Assembly (NCBI GenBank): GCA_964396475.1
Contig: CAYNFE010000002.1
Coordinates: forward strand, 40,306-104,305
Direction: 5' to 3'
Length of the DNA: 64,000 nucleotides
DNA from: Candidatus Woesearchaeota archaeon
Lineage (GTDB): Archaea > Nanobdellota > Nanobdellia > Pacearchaeales > UBA284
The notes under the pieces are model-generated. The model made no database searches and had not been told where the DNA came from. It saw only the letters and a program-made list of their open reading frames with translations. This document shows positions 36,324 to 44,287 of the stretch, piece after piece (the first letter of the stretch is position 1; every line of letters starts with the position of its first letter). The position numbers were made by a program, and so were the translations under genes.

Positions 36324-36698
36324 CTAAAAAGTAAATTCTGGTAAGGGTTTTGATTTATATCCTTCTTTAGTTTTTTCTGCTCTAATCACAGTTTTACTCT
36401 CCCTAACTGTTTTCTCCAACAAAAGTAGGCCTCTTGCAATAGTTCTGTTTTGTTTCACAAGTTCATCTATTTTTGTTGACAATTCTTCTGACTCAACTGT
36501 TGGAGCTAAGGCCATCTCTTCAGTCCTAATCTCTTTAAATGACTTACTTGCATCTTCAAATAAATTTAATAGAGAAGAGACTTTTTTGTTAAGTGTCTTA
36601 AGTTCAAAAGCCAAGTTTGTTACTGTCTTTTGTAATGCTATGTTATTTTCCAAAAGTAAATCCATAGTATCCTTACTCATACCTCTTTTTTTTACCAT
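36324..36698 (-). CDS. coiled-coil protein, hypothetical
   Basis: 124-aa ORF. Confidence 0.35.
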   Translation of the reverse strand: MVKKRGMSKDTMDLLLENNIALQKTVTNLAFELKTLNKKVSSLLNLFEDASKSFKEIRTEEMALAPTVESEELSTKIDELVKQNRTIARGLLLLEKTVRESKTVIRAEKTKEGYKSKPLPEFTF

Positions 36699-36774
36699 GA
36701 TATTTGAAAGTTGAGGTAATTTAAAAATTTTTGCTTGATAAAATTTATAAGTCTCTGATATTTTTGTCTATTAT

Positions 36775-36858
36775 GCGGGAGTGTCGGAGTGGTCAAACGA
36801 GCAGGACTTAAGATCCTGTGGCTTAGTGCCTGCGCAGGTCCGAATCCTGTCTCCCGCA
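36775..36858 (+). tRNA. tRNA-Leu (anticodon TAA)
   Basis: GCGGGAG-TG-TCG..CGA-G-CAGGA-CTTAAGA-TCCTG, then a 17-nt variable arm (TGGCTTAGTGCCTGCGC), then (G)CAGG-TCCGAAT-CCTG(T)-CTCCCGC-A. Long variable arm, 3-bp D-stem and perfect acceptor. Length 84 nt. Confidence 0.85.
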
Positions 36859-36896
36859 TTAGTAATGTTTAAAAGTTCTTTATCATTCTTTATGTT

Positions 36897-37159
36897 GGGT
36901 AGGTTAGGCTGGCACGCTAGCCCTGTGCCGTTTGTAAATGGGCTTTATGACAAGCTTAAGAGGAGGCGTTATATGCTTGCTCGAAAGTCCTGGCTTGGAC
37001 GTTGAGGTCTTGTCCTGCTTGATCTTGCCCTAATAAACCGGGTCAGTTCCGGAAGGAGGCAGCCCTAAGTTAGAGTTAAGATGCTTGTAGGGTTGCAAGG
37101 CTGAGGAAGAGTTAGGGTAGCTTTCTTGTTGGTATAAAAGCAAATCCTCGAACCTGCCC
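36897..37159 (+). ncRNA. ffs: signal recognition particle RNA (7S/SRP RNA)
   Basis: ACCGGGTCAGTTCCGGAAGGAGGCAGCC at 37038-37066 matches the universally conserved SRP RNA helix-8 motif with its GGAA tetraloop (compare E. coli 4.5S GGUCAGGUCCGGAAGGAAGCAGCC). The 5' GGGTAGGTT (36897) pairs with the 3' AACCTGCCC (37151-37159), closing the molecule. The region is GC-enriched, has no ORF, and is followed by a T5 tract. Confidence 0.55.
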
Positions 37160-37177
37160 TTTTTATAAAAAATCAAA

Positions 37178-37663
37178 ATGAAACAAGAAAAAAGAGGGCA
37201 ATTTTTCATTATATTTGCGGTAATTCTCGGCATTATCATTCTAGGATTAGCTACAGTGTTCAATACAGCAATAAGAACAGGAAGAGAAGGGATAACAGAA
37301 AAAAAATTCAATACAATGTGTCAGAATTACAAAGAAGAAACATATAGAGTAAGTCAGTATGCAATAAATACAACTAATAAAAGTAATGAGTCTGGCTTAA
37401 TCAAAGACTTTACAATAAAATACCTAAATTATGCTAAAAAAACTGATCCTGCCTTCGGTCTTGTCTATATTTATGGTAATGTTAGTAAAGTAATTATTTT
37501 CAATTCAACAACTACACAAGCCGAAACAATTCTAAATCCTCCAAATCCTTATCCTGTTCAAATAAGCGAAAAAATTAATAAAGAATATGAACTTTCTAAT
37601 GATGAAAGATTTTGGTTTGTTGCTATAACAGAAAAAGATGGTGAAGAATATGTTTGTGAATAA
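37178..37663 (+). CDS. type IV pilin-like protein (archaeal class III signal peptide)
   Basis: N-terminus MKQEKRG|QFFIIFAVILGIIILGLATVF: a short basic leader, KRG, then a hydrophobic helix. This is the prepilin/preflagellin (class III) signal pattern. Confidence 0.6.
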   Translation: MKQEKRGQFFIIFAVILGIIILGLATVFNTAIRTGREGITEKKFNTMCQNYKEETYRVSQYAINTTNKSNESGLIKDFTIKYLNYAKKTDPAFGLVYIYGNVSKVIIFNSTTTQAETILNPPNPYPVQISEKINKEYELSNDERFWFVAITEKDGEEYVCE

Positions 37664-38156
37664 AAATAAAGATAAAAGAGGAGTAAGTATTCTTGTTTCT
37701 TATGTCTTACTTATTACTTTAGCTCTAGCTCTGGCAGCTGGAACATATTATTTCTTAAGAACTTATGCAGAAAAACCTCTTCCAGAAGAAGGATGTCCTG
37801 AAGGAACCAATGTAGTAATTGAAAATTATTCTTGTGAAGATAATATGTTAGACATAACTCTAAAAAACAGAGGACTACATAGTATTACAGGAGTATATAT
37901 TAAAATTGCTAATGAGTCAGAATCAGAGCTTTTGTATGATTTCTGGGAAATTACTTCTCGTTATGATCCTACTTGTATCAAATCTAATAATTGCACTCCT
38001 TGTGAATTATATCCTGGAGGAGAATGTAGTGAAACAGATATTCCTTATAATATTATAAAGAAAATAGTAATAATACCATACAAGGCAGAAGGATCTTACA
38101 CTTCTCTATGTGATAATGCCGTTATTAGCTTAAATGTTGAGTGTCCTCCTATTTAA
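37638..38156 (+). CDS. type IV pilin-like protein (class III signal peptide), Cys-containing
   Basis: N-terminus ...NKDKRG|VSILVSYVLLITLALALAAG. Overlaps the upstream gene by 26 nt (operon). Confidence 0.55.
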   Translation: MVKNMFVNKNKDKRGVSILVSYVLLITLALALAAGTYYFLRTYAEKPLPEEGCPEGTNVVIENYSCEDNMLDITLKNRGLHSITGVYIKIANESESELLYDFWEITSRYDPTCIKSNNCTPCELYPGGECSETDIPYNIIKKIVIIPYKAEGSYTSLCDNAVISLNVECPPI

Positions 38157-38190
38157 TAAAATATATAAATCAGAAAAACAATAAATAACT

Positions 38191-38631
38191 ATGGAAGATA
38201 AAAGAGGAATTTCACCTGTTATTGCGACAGTCTTATTAATTGTTGTAGCAATAGTCCTTTTCTTGCTCATATTTATGTGGATTAGAGGTTTTCAAAAAGA
38301 AGCTATAACAAAGCAAGGAACACCTATAGAGACTATGTGTCTAGAGGTTAATTTTGATTTAGTAAAAAGTGGAAATACACTACAGATAATTAATACAGGA
38401 AATGTTCTGATTTACAATGCAAAGGTCTATGTTACTAACGGTGACACTACACTTATTACAGAAAATACTGGAACCATAGCACAAGGCAGCATCATAAGCG
38501 TTACAAATAATCTGATTGAGTCATGTACTACTGAAAAAATAAAAGTTATTCCTGTCTTACTTGGAACAACTAAAAGTGGAGCTCAGAAAGAGTATGTTTG
38601 TGAGAAACAAGCACAAATAATTCCATGTTAA
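38191..38631 (+). CDS. type IV pilin-like protein (class III signal peptide)
   Basis: MEDKRG|ISPVIATVLLIVVAIVLFLL, the canonical archaeal pilin/archaellin-like KGISPVIATVLLI core. Confidence 0.65.
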   Translation: MEDKRGISPVIATVLLIVVAIVLFLLIFMWIRGFQKEAITKQGTPIETMCLEVNFDLVKSGNTLQIINTGNVLIYNAKVYVTNGDTTLITENTGTIAQGSIISVTNNLIESCTTEKIKVIPVLLGTTKSGAQKEYVCEKQAQIIPC

Positions 38632-38643
38632 ATTCAATTAATC

Positions 38644-39243
38644 ATGCTAAAAGAGGTAAATAAAATAATGAAAAATAAAAAAGGAATTGCTCCAGTGATT
38701 GCCACAGTTTTATTGATAGTGATAGTTATTGTTGCAGTAGCTCTAATTATTGCTTTTATAATACCATTTATGCAACAACAAATGGGAGAAGCAGAGTTAT
38801 GTTATGAGGCCAGAGTTGACATAAAAGAAGCTTGTTACTATGATGAACCTATTCTTAAGGTGCGTATTGGAAGAGGTGCAAAAGAATTTGATCTCACAGG
38901 AATGATGTTACAAGTTTCAACTGCCACAGAAACAAAGACCTATAAGATAACTGATGAATTAAAAGCTTTAGAAGAAAAAACATTTGAGATAAACACAGAA
39001 GCAGAATTTAGCTTTAACAGCACAGATGTTGTTTCAATAGCAATAGCACCAATAGTGAGAAGTGGTGAAACAGAAAAAACTTGTGAAGTTACATCAACAA
39101 AAACTCAGATAATAAAATGCTTATGCAACTGTTTTGATTTAGAATGTGGTGTAGATAGTTGTGGAGAAAATAACGATGCATGTGGAACATGTGGTACTGG
39201 CAAGATATGTGTTAGTGGTGTGTGTACAGATCAATCACTATAA
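38644..39243 (+). CDS. type IV pilin-like protein (class III signal peptide) with Cys-rich C-terminal module
   Basis: MKNKKG|IAPVIATVLLIVIVIVAVALI. The C-terminus is KCLCNCFDLECGVDSCGENNDACGTCGTGKICVSGVCTDQSL (11 Cys in 42 aa). Confidence 0.65.
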   Translation: MLKEVNKIMKNKKGIAPVIATVLLIVIVIVAVALIIAFIIPFMQQQMGEAELCYEARVDIKEACYYDEPILKVRIGRGAKEFDLTGMMLQVSTATETKTYKITDELKALEEKTFEINTEAEFSFNSTDVVSIAIAPIVRSGETEKTCEVTSTKTQIIKCLCNCFDLECGVDSCGENNDACGTCGTGKICVSGVCTDQSL

Positions 39244-39253
39244 TAAATAAAAA

Positions 39254-39769
39254 ATGAAAAAACAAGCAGTAGTCTGGGTTTCTACAGTTCTTTATATCTT
39301 GATTAGCTTGGCTGTTCTTGGTATTGTGCTAGCTGCTGTGCAGCCAAGAATTAATGCAGCCAGAGATAAGGCAGCCATAGATCAGACAATTAATCTTCTT
39401 AATGAACTAGACCAGAAAATAATTGAGGTTGATAATTCTGCAGAAGGAAATGTTCGTTCACTCAACTTGCAAATAAAAAGAGGCATCCTTACAATTGATG
39501 AGGAAAATGATAGAATAAGATGGCAATTAGCAGATTCTTCTTATAAATACAGCGAGTTAAAAAGAATAGTCAAGGTAGGCAGGATTGATGCTTATACACT
39601 AGAGTCTGCTAGTGGTTTCAATGTTACTCTAACATTAAATTATATTGGCACTCTTGACTTAGTTTCTAATCTTCAGCCATTACAATCTGCTGAAATACCT
39701 TATAAACTCTTCATAAAGAATAATGGCTTAGTTAATGAGATTAATGAAATTGAGATTTATTCTTCTTAA
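39254..39769 (+). CDS. signal-anchored or pilin-like protein (atypical: no KG cleavage motif)
   Basis: MKKQAVVWVSTVLYILISLAVLGIVLAAV hydrophobic N-terminus. Last gene of the pilin-like cluster. Confidence 0.45.
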   Translation: MKKQAVVWVSTVLYILISLAVLGIVLAAVQPRINAARDKAAIDQTINLLNELDQKIIEVDNSAEGNVRSLNLQIKRGILTIDEENDRIRWQLADSSYKYSELKRIVKVGRIDAYTLESASGFNVTLTLNYIGTLDLVSNLQPLQSAEIPYKLFIKNNGLVNEINEIEIYSS

Positions 39770-39806
39770 TAAGAAAATTTAAATATACTTTATTACTTTT
39801 TTCCCT

Positions 39807-41102
39807 ATGCTTGATCCAAAGATTATAAGAGAAAAGCCAAAAGAGGTTAAAGAGAGTTTAAGAAGAAGGCAGCTTGATCCTAAACTTGTTGATGCTTTTA
39901 TTACAAAAGATAAGAAATACAGAAAATTAAAAGTAGGAGTTGAAAAATTAAGATATCAACGTAATAAGATTTCTGAAGATATTAACAGATTGAAAAAATT
40001 AAATAAAAGTGCAGAAGTAAGAAAAAAGATAAAAGAGGCTAAAGAAATTCCTGGCAAAATCAGGAAGTTAGAAGAGGAAATAAAGAGACTAGAACCGAAT
40101 ATAAAAAATCTGCTTCTTACAATTCCAAATATACCAGCAAAAGATGTTCCTATAGGTAAGAGTGAGAAAGACAATAAAATTCTAAAAAAAGTTGGAACAA
40201 TACCAAAATTTAAATTCAAATTAAAGGGCCATGAAGAACTGGCTATTGATTTAAATTTATTAGATATTGAGAGAGCTGCTAAAGTTTCAGGAGCTCGTTT
40301 TTATTATCTAAAAAATGAACTTGTTATTCTTAATTACGCTTTACAAAAATTTGCTTTAGATTTCATGAAGAAGAAAGGCCATCAACTTATGGAGCCTCCT
40401 TTTATGTTAAAAAAAAGACCTTATGAAGGTGTTGTTCATCTTGAGCAATTTGAAGAGATGTTGTATAAAATTCATGATGAAGATCTTTACCTGATAGCAA
40501 CAGCAGAACATCCAATGGCAGCTTATTATATGAATGAAATCTTAAATGAGAGAAAATTGCCAATAAAGTTTGCTGGAATAAGCCCTTGTTTTAGGAAAGA
40601 AGCTGGAAGTCACGGCAGAGATACTAAAGGAATCTTCAGAGTTCATCAATTTAATAAGATAGAGCAATTCATATTTTGTAGACCAGAAGAGAGTGAGAAA
40701 TTTCATAAAGAACTTTTAAAGAATACAGAAGAAATTTACAAAGCATTAAAGATTCCATATAGAGTTGTTTTGATGTGCACAAGTGAAACAAATAAACTTG
40801 CTTCAAAACATTATGATATTGATTTGTGGTTCCCTGCTCAAAAAGTTTATAGAGAGATTGCTTCATGTTCTAATTGTACAGATTATCAAGCCAGAAGGTT
40901 GAATATTAGATTCTTTGATAAAAAAGGCCATAGAAAATTTGTGCATACATTAAATTCTACTGCTATACCAACTCAAAGAACTATCGCAGCCATTCTTGAA
41001 AATTATCAACAAAAGGATGGCAGCATTAAGATTCCTAATGTTCTACAAAAATATTGTGGATTCAAAAAAATTGAAAAGATAAAAATCAAGAAAAAAAAGT
41101 GA
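39807..41102 (+). CDS. serS: seryl-tRNA synthetase
   Basis: N-terminal coiled-coil arm, then class II motifs: PFMLKKRPYEGVVHLEQFEE, FRKEAGSHGRDTKGIFRVHQFNKIEQF (motif 2) and the motif 3 region. Length 431 aa. Confidence 0.9.
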   Translation: MLDPKIIREKPKEVKESLRRRQLDPKLVDAFITKDKKYRKLKVGVEKLRYQRNKISEDINRLKKLNKSAEVRKKIKEAKEIPGKIRKLEEEIKRLEPNIKNLLLTIPNIPAKDVPIGKSEKDNKILKKVGTIPKFKFKLKGHEELAIDLNLLDIERAAKVSGARFYYLKNELVILNYALQKFALDFMKKKGHQLMEPPFMLKKRPYEGVVHLEQFEEMLYKIHDEDLYLIATAEHPMAAYYMNEILNERKLPIKFAGISPCFRKEAGSHGRDTKGIFRVHQFNKIEQFIFCRPEESEKFHKELLKNTEEIYKALKIPYRVVLMCTSETNKLASKHYDIDLWFPAQKVYREIASCSNCTDYQARRLNIRFFDKKGHRKFVHTLNSTAIPTQRTIAAILENYQQKDGSIKIPNVLQKYCGFKKIEKIKIKKKK

Positions 41103-41115
41103 AAGGAGGTGTTAA

Positions 41116-41526
41116 ATGAAAAAGTCTACAGCTGAATTGTGGGTAAAAATCATAGCTATTATTGGATTTATTGGAGCAGTATTTGCAGTTATTGGTGGTA
41201 TTGCTATGCTTCTTGGTGGAACTTTTCTTTCAGCAATCATACCATTCATGGAGAATGGAATGTTCCAAGGAGCTTTTGTCGGTGCTTTTTTTATTGTTAC
41301 AGCTATAGTAACTTTAGCCCTAGGTGTATTTATGTTTATAGTGGCTCTAAACTTATGGAAACATCAAAATTGGGCAAGAATCGTTATGATAATTTTCGCA
41401 ATTTTTGGAGTAATATCTAGTCTACCATCTTTATTGATAGGAACAGGAATCATAGGTTTGATAATTAATGGTGGTATTTTCTATCTATTAACATTCCAGA
41501 AAGATATCATAAAGCTCTTTAGATAA
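41116..41526 (+). CDS. small polytopic membrane protein (4 TM), hypothetical
   Basis: 136 aa, four hydrophobic helices. Starts 14 nt after the serS stop. Confidence 0.45.
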   Translation: MKKSTAELWVKIIAIIGFIGAVFAVIGGIAMLLGGTFLSAIIPFMENGMFQGAFVGAFFIVTAIVTLALGVFMFIVALNLWKHQNWARIVMIIFAIFGVISSLPSLLIGTGIIGLIINGGIFYLLTFQKDIIKLFR

Positions 41527-41610
41527 TTTAATTTATTTTTTTTCTTTTTTTATTTTTTATTTTATTACTATTTTATAATGACTAAAATTAGTAAATTTTA
41601 AATAGTTCTT

Positions 41611-41617
41611 TTTATAT
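41611..41617 (+). promoter_or_regulatory. TATA-like box (TTTATAT) 17-23 nt upstream of the M23-peptidase gene ATG
   Basis: Same short spacing pattern as other genes in the window. Suggests a leaderless transcript. Confidence 0.3.
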
Positions 41618-41633
41618 GATTTAATAAGACAAA

Positions 41634-43112
41634 ATGAAAGCAGACTCTGACCTAGACTCAAAACTAAAAAATTTACAAGAATATCCAGACTTAGAAGACT
41701 CACTTAAAAATTTACAAGAGTTATGCATGGATATAGCTACTTTTTATAGTGAAAAGGATATGCAAAAGTACTTTTCACTTTCTTTCATATTAATAGGGCG
41801 CCAAAATAAAAAGGAAAAACTTGTTGAAAAGCTTAAAAATCTTAAGAGTGTTCTTGAAGATCCACAGATTCCAAAAGAAATTGTAGATAAAACTTATGAT
41901 GCATATAAGATATTAACCTCTAACATTCTTGATGAAGAAACAAAACCTATAGGTTCACTTAGAGGATATATATTTGATGAAGTAATCAGGGCAGAAGAAA
42001 TCAAAAGGCCTTCTGAAGAGCAACCAGAAGAAGCCATAAAAGAACAGATACAAGATATAACAAAATATACAAAACCAGAAATAGAAACCCCTATCCAAAA
42101 ACATGAGCCTCCAAAACCTAAGCATGTAATAGAAAAAAAAGAACCTGAGCCTGTAAAAAAACATTATGAAAAAAGGCTTAAACCTATTAAAAAGGAAAAG
42201 AAAGAGAAAGTTAAAAAAGTTAAAGCTAAGAAAAAGAAAACAAGAAAAACAACAAAAAGAATTATGGGTTTAGCTATACCTTTGGGTGTTCTTACTGCAG
42301 GAATTATCACCACAGCTTCTCTTTATTATACTCAAAAAAATAAAATAGATTCAATTAATCAAGAAATAGCAGAAACACAAAAAATATGTCAGTATACTGT
42401 AGAAAAAGGAAAAATTAAAGAGCTTGCTAAAAAACTTTCTGGTCAGACATTATATGCTAAAGATTTAATTGCTATTATTCAAGATAGCACAGATATCAAA
42501 TCAGGAAAATACAAATTAAATGATTTAATATCTTGTGATGATCATTATTTTGAAGAAGATATCAATGAGTATTTTGAAAATACTGAGATTAATGTTAAGA
42601 AAAGAAAGAAACCACTAAATCAACCTTTGGGTGCTCCTGTCATTTTTGCGGCAGGTTATGGTGTAGTTGGCAGAATAATATGGGGGGGTATTGATAATAA
42701 ACCACATGGCGGCATAGATTTTTGTAGCAAGGATCCAAATATTTATGCAGCTGGAGATGGTATTGTAGTTAAAGTAAAAAACAAATATAAGAAGTGGAAA
42801 GGATATGGTAAATTTCTAGATATACGGCATCATTATGGAGATGTAGAATTTATTACAAGATATGGTCATTGCAAAAATATCTCTGTAAGTGTAGGTGATT
42901 CTGTAAACTTAGGTGATAAAATAGCCGAGCTAGGAAGAACCGGAAGAGCAACAGGAGTACATTTACATTTTGAAGTTAGAAAAAAATGGGGACATGTTAA
43001 TCCAGGACCTTATTATGAAAAAATAACAGCTTGTCAAGTTAAGGAAAATAATTCTAATGCATATCAGATCTATAAGAGACTTAATAATGAGCAAGCAACT
43101 GTAAATAAGTAG
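41634..43112 (+). CDS. M23-family (LytM-type) metallopeptidase with N-terminal region and TM anchor
   Basis: C-terminal domain GGIDFCSKDPNIYAAGDGIVVKV...GYGKFLDIRHHYGDVEFITRYGHC...LGRTGRATGVHLHFEV. The HxxxD and HxH (HLHFEV) zinc-binding signatures of M23 are present. A TM helix lies around residue 210. Confidence 0.7.
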   Translation: MKADSDLDSKLKNLQEYPDLEDSLKNLQELCMDIATFYSEKDMQKYFSLSFILIGRQNKKEKLVEKLKNLKSVLEDPQIPKEIVDKTYDAYKILTSNILDEETKPIGSLRGYIFDEVIRAEEIKRPSEEQPEEAIKEQIQDITKYTKPEIETPIQKHEPPKPKHVIEKKEPEPVKKHYEKRLKPIKKEKKEKVKKVKAKKKKTRKTTKRIMGLAIPLGVLTAGIITTASLYYTQKNKIDSINQEIAETQKICQYTVEKGKIKELAKKLSGQTLYAKDLIAIIQDSTDIKSGKYKLNDLISCDDHYFEEDINEYFENTEINVKKRKKPLNQPLGAPVIFAAGYGVVGRIIWGGIDNKPHGGIDFCSKDPNIYAAGDGIVVKVKNKYKKWKGYGKFLDIRHHYGDVEFITRYGHCKNISVSVGDSVNLGDKIAELGRTGRATGVHLHFEVRKKWGHVNPGPYYEKITACQVKENNSNAYQIYKRLNNEQATVNK

Positions 43113-43146
43113 ATAATTTTTTAAATTACTTATTCTTTTTATTAAT

Positions 43147-43833
43147 ATGATTAAAAAATTAAGAAAGAGAAAGAAAACTAAGAAAAAAGCAAAAAAGAAA
43201 TCCAAAAAAGAAAAAGTTAAACATCTTAAGATTTTAGCTATTGGAGACTTGCATGGAGACAGCAGACAAGCTTCAAAATTAGCAAAGAAAGCTAAAAAAG
43301 AGAAAGTTGATCTTGTAATTTTGTCAGGAGACTTAACTTTTGCTGAGTCTAGTATTGATTATCTTGTCGGACCTTTTGCAAAACGTAAACTTGATATCTT
43401 AATTATCCCGGGAAATCATGAAACTCTGGCTACAATAAATTTTCTTGAAAAAATATATAGCCCACAAGTCAAAAATATTCATGGTAAAGGTATCAAAAAA
43501 GCAGATATAGGAATTTTTGGAGCAGGAGGCGCAAACATAGGTTTATTTCAGTTAAGTGAGAAAGAGATTTATGACACTCTGGAAAAAGGATTCAAAAAAA
43601 TAAAAAAAATAAATAAAAAGATCATGATTACTCATGTTCATCCTTCAAAAACCTTAATGGCTAAACTTAGTTCTTTTGTTCCTGGAAGCACTGGTGTCAG
43701 GAGGGCCATTCTAAAATTTAAACCAGATCTGGCTATCTGTAGCCATGTTCATGAAGCTGAAGGAATCGAGGAAAAGATAGGCAATACAAAAGTTATAAAT
43801 GTAGGAAAAAAAGGCAAGATAATTGTTATTTAA
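43147..43833 (+). CDS. calcineurin-like metallophosphoesterase
   Basis: ILAIGDLHGD, DLVILSGDLT and IPGNHE blocks (the D-x-H, GD and GNHE motifs). Confidence 0.7.
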   Translation: MIKKLRKRKKTKKKAKKKSKKEKVKHLKILAIGDLHGDSRQASKLAKKAKKEKVDLVILSGDLTFAESSIDYLVGPFAKRKLDILIIPGNHETLATINFLEKIYSPQVKNIHGKGIKKADIGIFGAGGANIGLFQLSEKEIYDTLEKGFKKIKKINKKIMITHVHPSKTLMAKLSSFVPGSTGVRRAILKFKPDLAICSHVHEAEGIEEKIGNTKVINVGKKGKIIVI

Positions 43834-44287
43834 AATGAAAAATAAAAAAAGAGTATCAAAATCACCAAAACAATTAGGAATAGTAAGAGCTGTAATAGCT
43901 TCTGGTCCTGTGATAATCAAGAATAAAAAAATGCTTGTTGTCCTCGACGATAAAGATCCATTTCTTAAATTTCCAGGTGGTTCAATATTCAAAAATAAAA
44001 CTCTGAAAGAGACATGCAAAATAGAAACAAGACAAGAAATAAAATGTAATATTAAAATTATTAAAGAACTAGAACCAATAATGTTATGGAAAAAACCACA
44101 TACAGGAGAAAAAATTCCCGTTGTTCTTATACACTGGCTTTCAAAATTAAAGAAAGGACAAAAACCAAAGAAAGGTAGACATACAAAAGAGATTTTATGG
44201 ATAGATTCTAAATACAAAGGTTATAAATTAGCACCAAATGTCTGGTATTTTCTAAAAAATCTGAAAAAAGAGAAGAAAATTAATTAA
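43823..44287 (+). CDS. Nudix-fold-like protein (degenerate Nudix box), hypothetical
   Basis: FPGGSIFKNKTLKETCKIETRQEIKCNI loosely fits G-x5-E-x7-RE...E but lacks the full REUxEE. Overlaps the previous gene by 11 nt. Confidence 0.35.
   Translation: MLFKMKNKKRVSKSPKQLGIVRAVIASGPVIIKNKKMLVVLDDKDPFLKFPGGSIFKNKTLKETCKIETRQEIKCNIKIIKELEPIMLWKKPHTGEKIPVVLIHWLSKLKKGQKPKKGRHTKEILWIDSKYKGYKLAPNVWYFLKNLKKEKKIN

Noticed and set aside
36897-37159. RNase P RNA as an alternative identity for the GC-rich non-coding stretch (GAAAGTCC string resembles CR-I)
   Set aside because: The much longer, near-exact match to the SRP RNA helix-8 sequence (GGUCAGUUCCGGAAGGAGGCAGCC) and the paired termini fit SRP RNA better. 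Other RNase P conserved regions (CR-II to CR-V) were not seen. Kept as a caveat to be settled by cmsearch.
36781-37311. ORFs 36781..37005 (+) and 37030..37311 (-) in the tRNA-Leu / SRP RNA region
   Set aside because: The region is explained by a tRNA and a structured ncRNA with a conserved helix-8 motif. The ORFs begin inside the tRNA and have no coding features.
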